From Selaginella moellendorffii (Eukaryota > Plantae > Lycopodiophyta), in contig NW_003314283.1 of NCBI RefSeq assembly GCF_000143415.4, positions 1,602,330 through 1,666,329 on the forward strand: 64,000 nt of DNA, in the 5' to 3' direction. The notes under the pieces are model-generated. The model was not told the origin of the DNA, made no database searches, and saw only the letters and a program-made list of their open reading frames with translations. Of this stretch, positions 40,391 to 55,530 are shown piece by piece (within the stretch, counting starts at the first letter, position 1; each line of letters starts with the position of its first letter). The position numbers and the translations under genes are program-made.

Positions 40391-43300
40391 GGATGCTGGT
40401 TGCTTTAGGACTGATCCAACTTGCTTCATGCTTATGTCCCTTCACTCCTCGGGCTATACGCTTGGGAGTCATTCCGTGCTCCAGTGCTATTGCTCCTTGG
40501 CTCCATGCTTGGGAGTTTGGCACTATTCCTTCTTTTAGTGGCCCAAGGTCCTGCAACTCAGGTTTCACACCACTGTTCTTTGGACACGTGGCATGTGACA
40601 TGTGGCATATGACACGTGGCACATTAAGGGTTTAGGTTTTGCTTCTATGGTTATTCTATGGTAAATCACCATAGGATAAAGGGTAAAAACCACGTGTGCT
40701 ACACATAGTTTAGCTCCCGTGAAACTTGGGTTCCGCACCACTGTCCATTGGACATGTGGCATGTGACACATGGAATATAGAGGGTTTAGGTTCTGCTTTC
40801 ATGGTTATCCTATGGTAAATCACCATAGGATAAAGGGTAAAAACCATGTGCATTACATTTGGTATCAAAAGCATACATCTCAGCGAGTATTATCTAATGA
40901 AATTGGGCAACTAGTCTCGTTGCATATGTAGAGATGAAAATGATGATCCGAGTGGGTACACATTTGGATGCTAAAACTTCACATTAGTTCTTTAGGTATG
41001 GACTTGGTTACCTTTTTGTACCATAATAATGTGAGCTTGTTCTTGGGCTTATAAGATGGATTGAGATGTTCCGTTTAGCACAAGTTTGTGTTTGGGCTCA
41101 TAAGGCACATTAGCAACTCAAGGTTACACTTTGAGTTGGCAGGATTAATGTTATCTTATTGGTGGTTCCTTGAGTTGTTCCATGTACTATGGGTGAAAGT
41201 AAACCTCCCCTAGGTTTGCTATGAGTGGCAAATATGCTGGTTTGTAGCTTTTTAGCACGGCACTAGTGAATCCTTCTTAGGCATGATTACAAGTGAATCG
41301 ACCAAGACTGTAGGGATTTGTCTATTGGTTCAAGTAGTCATTGCCATGCTCTTTCATAAATTTTTCTTGGATTACACTGATTATCATTGACATTATTGAT
41401 ATTGAGATTTAAGTGGGATGAGATGTCTCTCCGTAAGATTAATATTAAGTTTTATTAGTTTCAATGAAGATAGTGTTGATGATTTAGTTATGGCTTTATG
41501 TTATTGGCATTTGTGCATTTGTTAGTTAGCAACTATGTTAGCGTTCAAACAAGTTGAGTGGCAAATTAGAGTTAGTTGTGTTCTAGATGAGATTATTTAG
41601 TAGGGGTTAAGGTTTAGCTTTTCTTTGAAAAGTGATTTAGTCATGGACTATACTAGCTTTACGAGAGGAAGAGTTAGTGATTAATATTAGAATGTCTGAA
41701 TCCTTGTTAGATTTGAAAGCTATGCTCAATAAGTGACCACCAAACTAATCCTCCATGAATCCATCTATAACAAAACGTAACTCACTTTATAACAAGCACA
41801 AAAAGAATCATCAATGATCAATAAATCCCAACTTAGCCAAAACTAAAGTGAAGACCATCATTATACTTAGCTTTTGGATTGATGAAGACGTGCTCTTCAT
41901 TAACTTTATATTATGAAGTTTAACTTATGGATGTGTTGGGGGGGATATTATGGGTTGTACCATAGTTTCTTCTTTATCATTGAAGTTAGTTCATGCAAGA
42001 CTCGTGATCATTGTTAAGCATGACTTGGCTATATACTTCTTTAAACTTTTGGTTCCTTGAGTTTTCATGCTCATTGTTCCATTTGTTAAAAGTTGTTGGG
42101 GAAAGCATTTTAGCTCATTAGTTTTAATATTGAAGTTAATATTTGCATCTGGCAATCATTGGTGATGATTGACTATCATTTATAATAATTGATTATCTTT
42201 GTGAAAGGTTTGCTTGATTATTGTTAGTTTAGAATAGTTTGCCATTCTTTGGGATGGTGGATTCTTTTTTTAACGATAATCATCTCTTCATTGATAGGAT
42301 GATTGATGATCTTTCATGATGGTTAGTTGTTTGCTTTAACGGCTTTTGGTTTTTCACAATACCATATGTTCTTTGTGGTTTGTTTTGGATTGGTCTTTTG
42401 GGTTTGAGACATCAGTAGGATGTTGTTGACGCTTGGTAAAGCAATTTGAGTTCTTTGGTATTGTTGACTGGGATTTATTCAGATTGGCTAGTGCAATTGT
42501 TAACATAAATGAGTGTTTATTGGTTTTATTGCATTCATTCTGTTTTATTGATTATTATTCGAGTTAGTTCTGATAGATTTGGATGTTATTTCCTTTGGGT
42601 GATACATTTGCGAGCATCTTGCTTGCCAGTCGATGATACTTTGTGTTCTTTTGTAAGTTGTTTAACATGTTATTTGCAATATTTGATAGTTAAGTTTTTA
42701 TCATTAAGTTCTCATGATGATACACTGGCTATTGAATATTATTAGATGGTTGATCCTATGTTAACCAATTATGATGAGTTTGGTGGTTCCTTAACTCTAA
42801 TACTAGTTTATCAAATGATAACTTACTTGGAATACTTTTATATTCTAATCTAAGATATATTCACTGATAATTGAGTCTGTAAAAAACTAGTTTTGGCACT
42901 TCATGTGCATAGTGAAATCTTTAGTCATGGGGTAGTTATTGTCTACTGGTCATATCTCCCACCTCTCTATCGATGTTCCTTATTCCATTAAGGGCATGAC
43001 CATGTAAACAACTCTAACTACTTGTTTACAATAGTCTATTTAAACTTAACCGACGGGTTTGGTTTCTTTGTTTAGGAGGGTTGGGGCCTCTGGCTTCTCT
43101 CTCTATGTCCTTGTGGGTAGAGGTGTATCACACTTTTGTAAGTTGGGTGACACCCAGAGCAGCAAGGGTAGCTAACTCTGTTAGTCATTTCCTTGTCAGT
43201 GACAGCCGAAAGGTGTCTGAGTTGGTAGCACATCTGCGTTAGACAAAGAGGTTACCCTAATTTATTTAAGTTTGTGCATTTTTCATATAATGTGATCATT

Positions 43301-44514
43301 GTGAACTTTTTCTAGAGTTTTTTTCTTGGTGGTATTCTAGACTAAAGTATACATCGACGAGGATGTCAATCTTCCTTAAGGGGGGGGGGGGGGGGGGGAA
43401 AGTGTCATGAATGTAACTTTGGGTATTGAAAATTATTAATCAACTAGTCCTTACGGACACTCTTTCCTTACTACCACGACAGCAGGAGGTTAGTATTGCT
43501 AGACCCTTTATTAGTCCCTTTTATGCTAGTGGAGTTAATTGGGCATTTCGAGTGTACTTAGACCGGACGAGCATAAGGATGGAATTCCTATATGTTATTA
43601 GCTAAGCATACTTAGCTCGGTGTTCCCGTCTCATTATGTTTTGCATTGGCTAGTGACAAGAACTTGCGTATTGAGATTAATCCCTTAATATTGCTGGGTG
43701 ATAGCTTATCATATCTACCAAACACCCTCACTATCATGCCTTTTGTGTTAGTCTTATTTTAGTCCCAAATGCTATTTATAGAAAGTGTCTACATTTGCTC
43801 ATTTGGCATATCTATGGAGTGTAAAGATTGTTATGAACACAATGGTGTTCATCCCGTGTCCAAATTCACAATCTAGAGATATTCCATATTTAGTAAGTTT
43901 CAAGTTTGCCCTAAAGACTAACTCTTAGTACTAAAGGAGGTTTGGGGTGAAAGCCCAAAGTGTGTGTTCTTTAGGGGGGTTCCAAATGTATAATAGGGAT
44001 AGCAGGCATGGCTGACTAACCCGAGGCATAATCTAGCTTTCACTTGTGTGTTTGTCTTTGTTTTGTGTCCAGCTTAGGTCTAAGCCCAAGTTCCATTCCA
44101 TGTTAGCTGGTGGAATACCCATATCCTTGTATTAGGCCACTGATATGCTGAAATAGCGCTAGACTCCGTTTAGCTCCGTTTTATTCCATTTTGCGTGCTA
44201 GATTTGGTATTGGGATGCTGGTTGCTCTAGGACTGATCCAAGTTGCTTCATGTCCCTATCCCTTCACTCCTTGGGTTGTATACTCGAGAGTCATTCCGTG
44301 CTCCAGTGCCAATGCTCTTTGGCTCTATGTTTGGGAGTTTGGCACTATTCCTTCGTTCAATGGCCCAAAGCCTTGAAACTCGGGTTCTGCACCATTGTCC
44401 ATTGGACACGTGGCATGTGGCACATGGCACAAAGGGTTTAGGTTCCGCTTCTGTGGTTATCCTATGGTAAATCACTATAGGATAAAGGGTAGAAACCACG
44501 TGCGCTACACTAGT

Positions 44515-45204
44515 ATATATCTCTCAACATATATTACCTGTTGCCTCCAACTATTGACACTAGCATATACAATAGCCTTGGATGTGCTTATGAAGAAACT
44601 AATTTAGACCTTAAACATACTAATGCAAAAATTACTTCAGATCTTGATGATGCTAGTACAAACATAGTATATGCTGATGAAGCTCATACAAATATAGACC
44701 TTGAAAATGCTAATGAAACTAATACAAATGCATGCAATCATCACAGTTATACTGTCTATAAATTAGCAGATCAAAAGGATTATAATAACCATATAACACA
44801 ATATTAGAAATATGTCATCTACAAGTGTCTTTTGTGGTGCATTACATTTTGAAAATGAGTCAAGCTCAATGTGCTGCCATAATGGAAGGGTTTCCTTCCC
44901 CAACTTTCATCTTTACCTAATATATTGCATATGCTTTTTAATGAAAATAAAAATTTAATTTTAAAATTTACATAAGAAATTTGAATAATGCTTTGGCTTT
45001 TGCATCAATGGGTGCTAATGTTGATAATTTAAGTGGTAAAAGCCCATATTACTTTAGAATACATAGTCAAATTTATCATAGTATTGCTTTAGCATATCGT
45101 ACTGTTAATGTACCACCATCATATAGACAACTTTACATGTTTAATGCATATGAGGCTATAAATATTAGAGAGCAAAACCAATTCAACATAAACTATGATC
45201 CTAA
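44515..45204 (+). pseudogene. Helitron Rep/helicase, N-terminal remnant
   Basis: CGALHFENE..MCCHNGRV zinc-finger-like motif, NNALAFASMGANVD...PYYFRIHSQIYH, YRQLYMF. Confidence 0.85.
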
Positions 45205-47002
45205 TGTAAGTGACTAATTTTTCCATTCTACTTTAGTCACTTAACCACACCTCCAACCACTTGGAGGAGTCTCACTCACAACCTCCATAAGTCTTATTCC
45301 GGACTTGGGGACTTGTTAGCCCCAGGAATGGCATCCGTGCCACTCAACCGTTGCACTTGGTCCAAGTGTTCCATATATCCGATCTCATGACCGACACCCC
45401 AAGGTACCACCGACATATGAGCCCATTACGCTAGGCCATGCTCATTCATCTTGGTCACATCATTGGTCTAACACCACCTACATTGCAATCCTGTCTCTCC
45501 AAGACTGAGCCATTTGCCCATGAGTGGTCATCTCAAATCCACTCCTTAGCGTCCTTAGGATGCCCACAGACATGGGGAATAGCCTTCCCCAATATCCCTT
45601 TTCCGGTCCCCACCAAGTCCCTTTCTGCCCATGGTTGTGTTTGCCAACACTGCTATTGGATCGAGGCCCACAAGCCCAACCACTAAGTCCCACAGTCTTC
45701 TGGGACTTCCTTGCCACACAACTATATCCTTGGTCTCTACTCCAGAGGACTACTCCTCTTCCTTTCCACAGTCTGGGCCTTTGGGACAACATTTCGGAAC
45801 ACCGTGGCCTTACGCGAGCCTCGTGGGTACTCTCCCCGCTTTTTGCCTTTGGGTGCTCTAGCCATGGGCTTAGAGCGAGGTTCTGTTGAGCCACGCCAAG
45901 TATCCAAGTAGGTAATGCCACCCACACTTGGATTGGGAGCATCAACCATTTGATCTCTCGGGGGAACTAGAGCCGGCTCTTGAACACTTCACCAAGCTAC
46001 CCCGCTTGTCGGTTTGTGTTCACTCTAGTCTTGGACTTCCCAGTGGGCAGCTCATCACCCAACACTGGGTACAGCCTTCCTGGGCCAAACTGGCCTTTCC
46101 TAGCCAAATTGGCTCCACTGCAGTCCTCCCCCTTACTATACTTTTGGAGCTCACCAAACCCCCCAGGGTCTGGGAGACGAACCCTTTGGGCTTTCACCCT
46201 CTCAGACTCGAACTCGGACTCGGACTTGGACTTGGACTTGGACTTGGACTCGGACTCGGGCTTGGACTCGGACTCGGGCTTGGGCTCGGTCTCGGCCTTG
46301 GCCTCGGTCTCGGTCCTGGTCCCGGTCTCGGTCTCGGTCTAGGTCTCAGTCCCGGTCTCGGTCTCAACCTCGGACTCCATCTTGGGTCTTTCTCGGACTC
46401 CATCTCAGACTCCATCTCGGACTCCATCTCGGGTCCATTTCGGACTCCGTCTCGGTCCATCTCGGACTCCATCTCGGGTCCATCTCGGACTTCATCTCGG
46501 ACTCCATCTCGGACTCCATCTCGGACTCTATCTTGGGTCCATCTCGGACTCCATCTCGGACTCCATCTCGGGTCCATCTTGGACTCCATCTCAGGTCCTT
46601 CTCAGACTCCATCTCGGGTCCTTCTCGGACTCCATCTTGGACTCCACCTCGGGTCCATTTTGGACTCCATCTCGGGTCCTTCTCGGACTCCATCTTGGAC
46701 TCCATCTCGGACTCCACCTCGGGTCCACCTCAGATTCCATCTCAGACTCCATCTCGAGTCCATCTCGGACACTTCCACGTGTCATGTGTTAGTCCTTTTT
46801 GAGTCCTTTTTTAGAGCCTCATTTATTGCTCACTTCGTGCTCATTCCTCGAGCACTTTGTTGGGAGTTCCACTCCCGCTCTTGACCTTTCAAGTCGGAGC
46901 CTTTTAGTCCAAACGTGTTATGCTCGTTTGGCTTTTGCTTCGGCCACTACCACGTGGCACCCTTTCGGCTCCACTTTAGAGCTTAGGGATTTGTGTCTCA
47001 CA
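45205..47002 (-). mobile_element. Family A solo LTR (A2) in the Helitron ORF
   Basis: TGTAAGTGACT...GTGTCTCACA with TSD CCTAA; removal restores NYDPNLLLQLYHLLRIINPYA. Contains minisatellite 46207-46770. Confidence 0.92.
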
Positions 47003-49591
47003 CCTAATTTATTATTACAATTATATCATTTGCTAAGAATAATAAACCCTTACGCATAAGCTTTTCAAATGATGTATAATCTTGAATCATAAGAACAATG
47101 TCATTCAATTAACAATAGAACTTTGAAACATAGTGTTTACATAATTGTTTGAAGTGAAGGTACTAATCTACATCATTTTAACTTGCCATGGACTAATGAT
47201 GTTGTTGTTGTTTTTGCTATTGATAAGGGTGAGCCATCTCTTGATAGAGAAATATACATACATCCATATAACTCATAGTTGAAAAAAATTTCTATTCTCA
47301 ATGAAAATTGTGATCTTGTGGTTTATCTTGTACTTTTACTATTTGGTGATAAAGGTTGGTGTAAGAAAATCTACCATAATAAGTCGCATATAACACTACT
47401 TCAATACTACATATATTGATTATCTCAATAAGATAGTATTGGCAACTTTTTCGTTTATGATCAATTGCTACATGTTGGGAAGCTTACTCAACAATTTATG
47501 GTTGATGTTTATATAAAGGTTGAATCCAACACCTTTAATTTCTTTTGCACTCATAAAAAACACTTAAAAGTGGATTACTACATAGGTCTTATAGACTATA
47601 TTAGCAATAGAGTTGCTACTAATAACGTTGAACTTGGAAAAGTTATAATTTTGCCTTCTACATTTCCTGGTAGCCTATGAGCAATGCAGTAACATTATCA
47701 AGATGCTATTGCTAGTGTCACACATTTTGGAAATCTTGACTTATTTATTATATTTACATGCAACCCAAAGTGGCCTGAAACTGTGCAAAACTTATAGCCA
47801 AATAAATCATTTGAGGATCAACTTGATCTTATTTCAAGAGTTTTCAACATAAAACTTAAAGAATTCCTAATGACATAAGTATCAAAGCAATTTTTGAGAA
47901 GTGCATCGTATATGTTTATGTTATTGAATTCTAGAAAAGAGGTTTGCCTCATTATCATTTCTTAGCAATGTTATCAAGTGAAGACAAGATAAGAAACCAT
48001 GACTCGATTGACAAATTTATCATCACACAACTGCTACACCCACTGTTATAACTAGAATTGTATAACATAATTATAAATCATATGATACATGGTCCATATG
48101 GTAATTTAAATCCTAGAAGCCCTTGCATGGAAAATAATAAATGCTCTAAGAATTATCCAAAAAACTTTAATATTGAAATTATTTATTATGTTGATAGTTA
48201 TCCTAATTACTACTGACCCAATGATGGATGCACTTTTATAAAAAATGGTTGTAATATTGACAATAAATGGGGTGTTTTTTTATAATAAATACCTTTGTAA
48301 GAAATAGAAAGCACACATCAATGTAGAGATCTATGCTTCAACTAAAAGTGTTAAATATTTATTTCAATATGTATACAAAGGTTATGACTATGCAACATTA
48401 GAATTTCTAATTGCATCTAAGAAATAAAGGACTTTAAATTGGGATGAAATCTCAAGCATTGTCAATGCTCTATATATTTCTGCTCCCGAAGCCATATGGC
48501 ATATATTTAAGTTTCATATATATGATAAATCACTAACTATTATACGCCATCTAGTTTATTTACCTATTTTTTAAAACATTTATTTCATACTAGATCATAA
48601 ACAAGAAGCACTAGAAAGAGCCACTCAAAATGGAACAATGCTTACATAATAGTTCAATTTGAACATGTAAGATATTAATGCAAGGCAATACACATATGCT
48701 CAAATTCCATTACACTACACATATAATAAATCCTCTCATAAATGGCAATTACATCAATGAAAAATTAAACTCATACTAAGAATGTATTCTATATTTTCTT
48801 TTAATAATGAGGTGTAACACTTGTGACTTATATTTCTTCATAAAAAAGATGTTATATCATTTGAGGATATATGTACTATCGAAGGTGTTATTTTCTTCTC
48901 TTTTAAATAAGCAGCTATAACAATGGAATTTTTAACAGATGATTCAGAATGACAACATTGCATACAAGAAGCTTCTGCTTTTAAAATGTCATCCCAATTA
49001 AAAAAATTATTTATTTTTATTTGTTTGTATTGTTCACCAAAAGATCCAAAACTATTATGGGATTAATTCAAAATTGATATATCTGAGGATTATGCTAGAA
49101 ATGATATAAACTATTTTGATATTGCTTTACTTAATATGAACTCAAAATTCCAACTACACAATAAATCTATTTATGATTTTGGTTTACCAATCCTAACTCT
49201 TACTCCCATTATCAAAATATGATTAATACATAAATCCCTAATCTATCACAAGATTAAGTCAATGCAAATATAAATCAATTCAATCACGAACAATGGTATA
49301 TTTTTGAGCTCATTATGAATGCCATTAACATTAACTAGCATCAATGTTTCTTTATTGATGGACCTGGTGGTATTGGGAAAACTTTTCTACTTAATACCAT
49401 CATTACAGTATTACAATTAAAAAATAATTAGTGTGGCATGAATTGGGATTGCAAACATTTTGCTAAAATATGGTCAAATGGCATATATAACTTTTAACTT
49501 TCTATTCCTTGAAATGAAACTTCTATCTCTACTTTAACAATTAATAGTGTTGTTGGAAAAACCATTAAACAAACAAATGTTCTCATATAGG
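47003..49591 (+). pseudogene. Helitron Rep (HUH endonuclease) and start of PIF1 helicase, many stops
   Basis: GKLTQQFMVDVYIKVE, GKVIILPSTFPGS, YQDAIA...[33 protein letters not shown]...SPCM, AHINVE, Walker A FIDGPGGIGKTFL. Confidence 0.92.
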
Positions 49592-52500
49592 TGTAAGCAA
49601 CTAAATTTTCTATTCTACTTTAGTCACTTAATCACACCTTCGACCACATAGAGGAGTCTCACTCACAACTAGGACTTTGGGATAACATTTTGGAATACTG
49701 TGGCCCTAGGCGAGCCTCATGAGTACTCTCCCCACCTTTTACTTTTGGGTATGGGGCTAGAGCAAGGTTCTATTGAGCTATGCCAGGTATCCAAGTAGGT
49801 AGTGCCACCCACACTTGGATTGGGAGCGTTGACCATTCGATCTCCCAAGGGAGCTGGAGCCAGCTTTTGAACACTTCACCAAATTACCTTATTTGTTTGT
49901 CCGTATTTACTTTAGCTTTAGACTTCTCAATGATTATATCATTACCCACCACATGGATATAGTTTTATTTGGTCACATTGGCTTTTTCTGGCCAAACTGG
50001 CTCCATTGGAGTCCTCCCCCTATTATACTTTTGGAGCTCACCAAATCCCCTAGGGTTTGGGAGATGAACACTTTGGGGTTCCACCCTCGGACTTGGACTC
50101 GGACTCCATCTAAGACTCCATCTCAGACTACTTCTCGGGTTCATCTCAAACTACTTCTTGGGTTCATCTCAGACTCCTTCTTGGACTCCATTTCAGACTC
50201 CATCTTGGCACTTCCATGTGTCATGTGTTGGTCCTCTTGTGTCTCTTTTCTAGAGACTCACTTATTGATTGCTGCATGCTCGTTCTTCGAGCACTTTGTT
50301 AGGAATTCCACTCCCACTCTTGACTATCCAAATCAGAGCATTTAGTCCAAACGTGTTATACTTGTTTGAGCTTCTGCTTCGGCCACTACCATATAGCACT
50401 CTTTTGGCTCCACTTTGGGATAAAGGATTTATGTCTCACAACTCCACCACCTATAGACAAAGTTTGATGTCTTTATTGAACAATAAATCATTTTATAGAG
50501 TAACACTATCAAATTTTACTCTTTCCATCCTTAGCACTAAGTTAATATTTGTTGATAGTTCAACACCGAAGGCTTACCATACTTTATCCATCCTTTAAAA
50601 AGCATAGTTTCTCCAACATAGAGATTCATTCTACCATTTGTGGTAGTTCTCTCCCTTTATTGGTTTAGTTTTTGCTAAACTTGTTAAAGACACCTTCTTT
50701 TTCTTAATCCCACTACTCAGTCTCGAGTAGTCTCAATTTTTATCAATATAACCATTGCACTTTGAAACTTTTAATTTTAAATTTTCAAAGTCAATTTCCT
50801 AAATGTCTTTAATACCTTATATATTATGTAAACTCGACTTCCCCATCTTAGGAAGTTCTCTACTTGAGAGCACCATCATCCTCTCTTCTATTTCATGCTA
50901 CCTTGGGCACTAAGTTCTAATTATCATAATTTGTGTTAGGGTTGTTCCTTTCTTGGCCACTAGTCTTTTGCTCCTATTGTTTGATTATTACACCAAAAAA
51001 CATAGGATCACTACCTTCATCCTTGAGATATCTTTTCGGTTCCATAGCATAGATTTTGTTTTGCCAAATCTAAAGGGTGTTTTCCCCCTAGTAAGTTTCT
51101 TTAGCATTTTCTGTTATGGGGCCTATGCATGGCCTAACTTTGTGACCTTTCCATAGGTCTTTTTTATAAATTACTTTCTTGGACTCACCATACCATTGTA
51201 TTTACACCATTGATTTCTCTTAAGTGTCCTTTTTACTTAGTTACCTTAACTAAGTCACACTCTTACCAATAGTTCAAATCAACACTTTGAACTAAGAATC
51301 TTAATCCTTAACCAAATAAAGACCTTGTCCTTGTTTAGCCACAAGATCACTTAGTGATATCATCTTGACACCTTATAAGGTTTGCCAATAAGAATTAAGT
51401 CTTTCAGACCTTTAAGTTGTTGACTATGACCCCGGGGGCATTCCCCACACTTGGCAGTGCACCCAAGCCAACCCTTCTGGCTAAAGATCCATAACAATTG
51501 AGATTGGGTGTCCCCACCTCATTCACCATGTCCTTGATGCCACTTGCACTAAAGTGTTCAAGTTAGATATGTCGAGCTTTCACACTAAACAGTCTAACTA
51601 TGCATTATAACTCTGAGGCATCTTCCACTTGGTGGTGTGCCCAAACCAGCCGCCTCACTGAGAGTCCATGACCACCAAAAAATGAGTGTCCTTATATTCC
51701 AAACCATTACCACGCCCTAGTGAGTTGGGATTCGAACTCAAGCACTAAAGAGTTGGGACTCGAACCCAACCTCTATATATGCATTTACGGATGGCATCAC
51801 TAAGGATGTTTGGCGTAACTCCCCACGTTGGTGCACCAACTTATACCTAAAGCACGCTATGGATCATAGATTAGGAATCTAGTTCCTCCGAACTATTAAA
51901 TCCTCTCATTTGAAAAACTTGTGATCATGTATGGACTCCTCCATACTTGGCTCCATGGGCCACCCTTTTTTAAATCAACACCTTCAACTTTGTTCCCTTG
52001 ATTTGCCAATCTCACTTAGCAAACCAGCGTAACATGATTTCATATATAAGCATAAAAGTCCTTAACCGTCGACTTTCATTCAAATCCATCCCTTTGAACA
52101 CTCAAAAATTAGTTCCCTAACCTTGATAACTTCGCCTCTTAGCAAGTTTCAAGATCATGCTTCTATTATGCTATTCTAATTTTACGCGTTTTTATGAATC
52201 ATTTACACTTGTTTTTCTAAGTATTTACTTACCTAGAATTGTCCTTAAGGAACTTTGAAGGGACTTTGTCCTTTAGTTTGCTAAGGCCTTTCCTTTTGTA
52301 TGCTTTTTAATTGCTATATGGTTTAATATAGACAATTCCATACTTTAGACTCTCTATAGCATCACAATTGTCAGTAATAACACTTTCGAGCACCCACTTG
52401 ATTTTCCACTCCCAACTTACATAACCACCCTTAGTTATGCCCTTCGTTTTTTATGGTTCAGTTCTATCCTTTTACTACTTGTTTTTGCCATCATACATTC

Positions 52501-55500
52501 AGTTATTCTCCTCTAGGCTAAGAGGATAGCTTTGCACTTTCTACCATGCCTTAGCAAGTATTCTTAGGGATGAATCTATTCAATAGCTTAGGGAGTGGTT
52601 CTTTAATTCAAACATGCTCATCTTGTAATCTTACACACTAGTATTAACATTGCTAGTGCTAACTGATAGTTGGCATAAGAAATGATTGCTTTGGTCTTAA
52701 TAAAGACCTAGACACAAGTGGAAAGTGTTGTGAAAGTAAGCTCATAGTGCTGATAGGGTGGAGACCCCAAATGTCTCAAAGGATGAGGCCTTGAAATCAA
52801 GTTGGTTGGTTCACGAGAACCCTTTGCCAAATGAATCCCAATGGAAATAAGAATGGCATAGCCTAAGCTGGAAAGCATGCAATTTGAGTGTGTGGATCCA
52901 AATAATGGAAGAATTAGTAATGAGTTCTAGGACTTTACGACTATAAGGCAACTAAGCAAAATATATAACATAATTGATTGGATTGGTAGAAGTTAACTTC
53001 CCAAGATTTCTTATTGGGATAAAAAGGTTAGATATATCTTACGGGGGGATAAATTGTTTATGTTGCGATATAGTAAATCAATGTCATAAAGGGAAATGTT
53101 CATTGTCAAAGAAGGTCATTATTGGGATACTTAAACACTCTAAAACACCAATAAGTGGTGTTTGATATCATAAGGGCCTTACATAAGGCCTAAAAGACTA
53201 AATCTTTAGCGAATAATGGATAAAAGGTGTTATCTAATGTCCAAGGTTGTGGAGATAGAAAAAATCTATCTATCAAAATTAGATAAAGCCAAAAAAAGAT
53301 TTTGACATGGCTAGCAATAGGTATAAAGAGGCTCATATAAACATCATAGTGTTCACATATAACTCTATACCAAAGTTTCTATTTCCGGGAATACCTTTCC
53401 CACACTTTAGTATGGCACATTCTGCCATCAATGAGATACCCACTATTTTCATAATTAGATCTTATGATCTTCCCTGTCTTTTGTAGGGTGTAACACATTT
53501 TCATCTAAATGCTTTCACCAGTTTTTTAAAACCATTCCTTGACTCCACTCAAGTCATCCAGCTCTTTGGACTTTGCTAATTTGATGACCCATAAACTCAT
53601 AAGGACCATCTAAAACAAGTGTTACTCCAACACTTGATTATTTTTTGTTCTTTGTGGGCTACTTTTGCCCCTTAATACTATCCATTCATATTATGAAAAT
53701 ACCGATGCATCCTCAAAGTACACCCACAACTCCTTGGGTTTGTTCTAGCATTTATTAAAGGTAGCCTTGGCTACCATTTCAAAGACTTGTGTCTTTATCT
53801 ATATTTGACCTCCCACAGTCATTAATTCTAGTTTTAAATTCTTGAGCACTATCTTCAACCATATAAGGATAACCTTATGACTTCTTTATCATTTAGGAGT
53901 TTCCATCATTCCTGTGATCCCAATTGTAGTTGCTTACTACAACCACATTAACTAGTTTGCTAAGTCAAACGCTTATATAGATCATATTCTCAACTCTCTG
54001 AGGGAAAACCATCTATTATTCCTAAGATCCCAAAATTGTTCCCAAATTAACCCCTTTCTATCCACCATATTGCCACCATGTTCATTTATAAACTAAGGTG
54101 GGGAGTTATGCCTTTCCAACATGTTACTCTTCAAGGATAGGCCCACTTTTAGGAACTTTCGATGCCAAGACAAGTGATGATATACTTGACCATTAATAAA
54201 AGTTGGACTAAAGAATAGCTTTGATACCAAATTATAAGTGACTAAATTTTCTATTATACTTTAGTCACTTAACCACACCTTTGACCACATGGAAGAGTTT
54301 CACTCACAACTTTCATAAGTTGTATTCCTGACTTAAGGACTTGCTACCCCCAAGAATGGCATATATGCCACTCAACCTTTGCATTTGGTTTAAGTGCTCA
54401 ATGTGTCCGATCCCATAATCAACACCCAAAGGGACCATCGACATATCAACACATTACGCTAAGGCTATGCCCATTCACCTTTGTTACACTGGTGGTCCAA
54501 CACTACTTACATCACAGTCCCATCTCCCAAAGATTGAGTTATCCATCCATGAGTGATCATCCCTTGACCACATCTTAGCACCCTTAAGATGCCTGGAGAC
54601 ATGAGGAACACCCTTCCCTAATATCTTTTCTACTGTCCCCACAAAATCCCTCTTTATCCACAGTTGTGCTCACCAACACTACCATTGGGTCAAAGCCTAA
54701 AGGCCTGACCATTAAGTCCCATTGTCCTTCATATCCTTGGTCATTACACTAGAGGATTGCTCTTCTTCCTTTCTATAGTCTAACACTTTGGGATGATATT
54801 TCGAAACACCATGGCCCTATGCAAGCCTCATAAGCACTCTCCCCACCTTCTAACTTTGGGTGCCCTGTCCATGGGGCTAGAGTTAGGTTTTGTTGAGTCA
54901 TGCCAAGTATCCAAGTAGGTAGTGCCACCCACACTCGGCATTGACTATTTCATCTCTCGGAGGAGCTAGAGCTAGCTCTTGAATACTTTACCAAACTACC
55001 CTGCCTGTCTATCTGTATTCACTTTAGTCTTGGACTCTTTAGTGGTTATATCATCACCCAACACATGGGTATAGCCTTCCTTGGTTACACTGGCCTTTTC
55101 CTGGCCAAATTGGCTCCACTAGAGTCCTTTGCTTACTATACTTTGGAGCCACCAAACCCCTTAGAGTTTGGGAGACAAATGTTTTGGGCTTTTACCCTCA
55201 GACTTAAACTCAGACTATTTCTTGGGTCCATCTCAAACCCCTTCTCAGGTCTATCTCAAACTCCTTATCGGACTCCATCTCAAACTCCTTTTCAGACTTC
55301 ATCTTGAAACTTCCATGTGTTATATGTTGGTCCTCCTATGTCCCTTTTCTAAATACTCACTTATTGCTTGCTGCATATTCATTCCTTGAGCGAATTCCAC
55401 TCCCACTCTTGATTATCCAAGTTAGAGCTTTTAGTCCAAACGTGTTACACTCATTTGGGCTTCCACTTCAACCACTACCATATAACACCCTTTCGGCTCC

Positions 55501-55530
55501 ACTTTAGGGTTGAGGGATTTGTGTTTCACA
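49592..55530 (-). mobile_element. Older, more decayed family A element (A3)
   Basis: LTRs 49592-50440 (deleted) and 54233-55530; PBS remnant 54218-54229; PPT after 50440; TSD ATAGG/ATGGG; removal restores helicase NVLIWDE; interior collinear with A1 except an inversion. Confidence 0.88.

Larger units (their letters stand above)
31318..40703 (+). mobile_element. Family B solo LTR (B2) inserted in the 5' LTR of B1
   Basis: TGTTGCAAATG...GTGTGCTACA flanked by TSD CATAG (31313-17/40704-08); collinear with 43403-44509 once the A1 and Cassandra inserts are removed. Confidence 0.85.
30659..44509 (+). mobile_element. Non-autonomous LTR retroelement, family B (B1)
   Basis: TSD CTAGT (30654-58/44510-14). 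5' LTR 30659-31317 plus 40709-40857; PBS TGGTATCAAAAGC at 40860 (tRNA-iMet type); about 2.5 kb internal region without ORFs; poly-G PPT 43380-43402; 3' LTR 43403-44509 with TG...CA ends. Confidence 0.88.
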
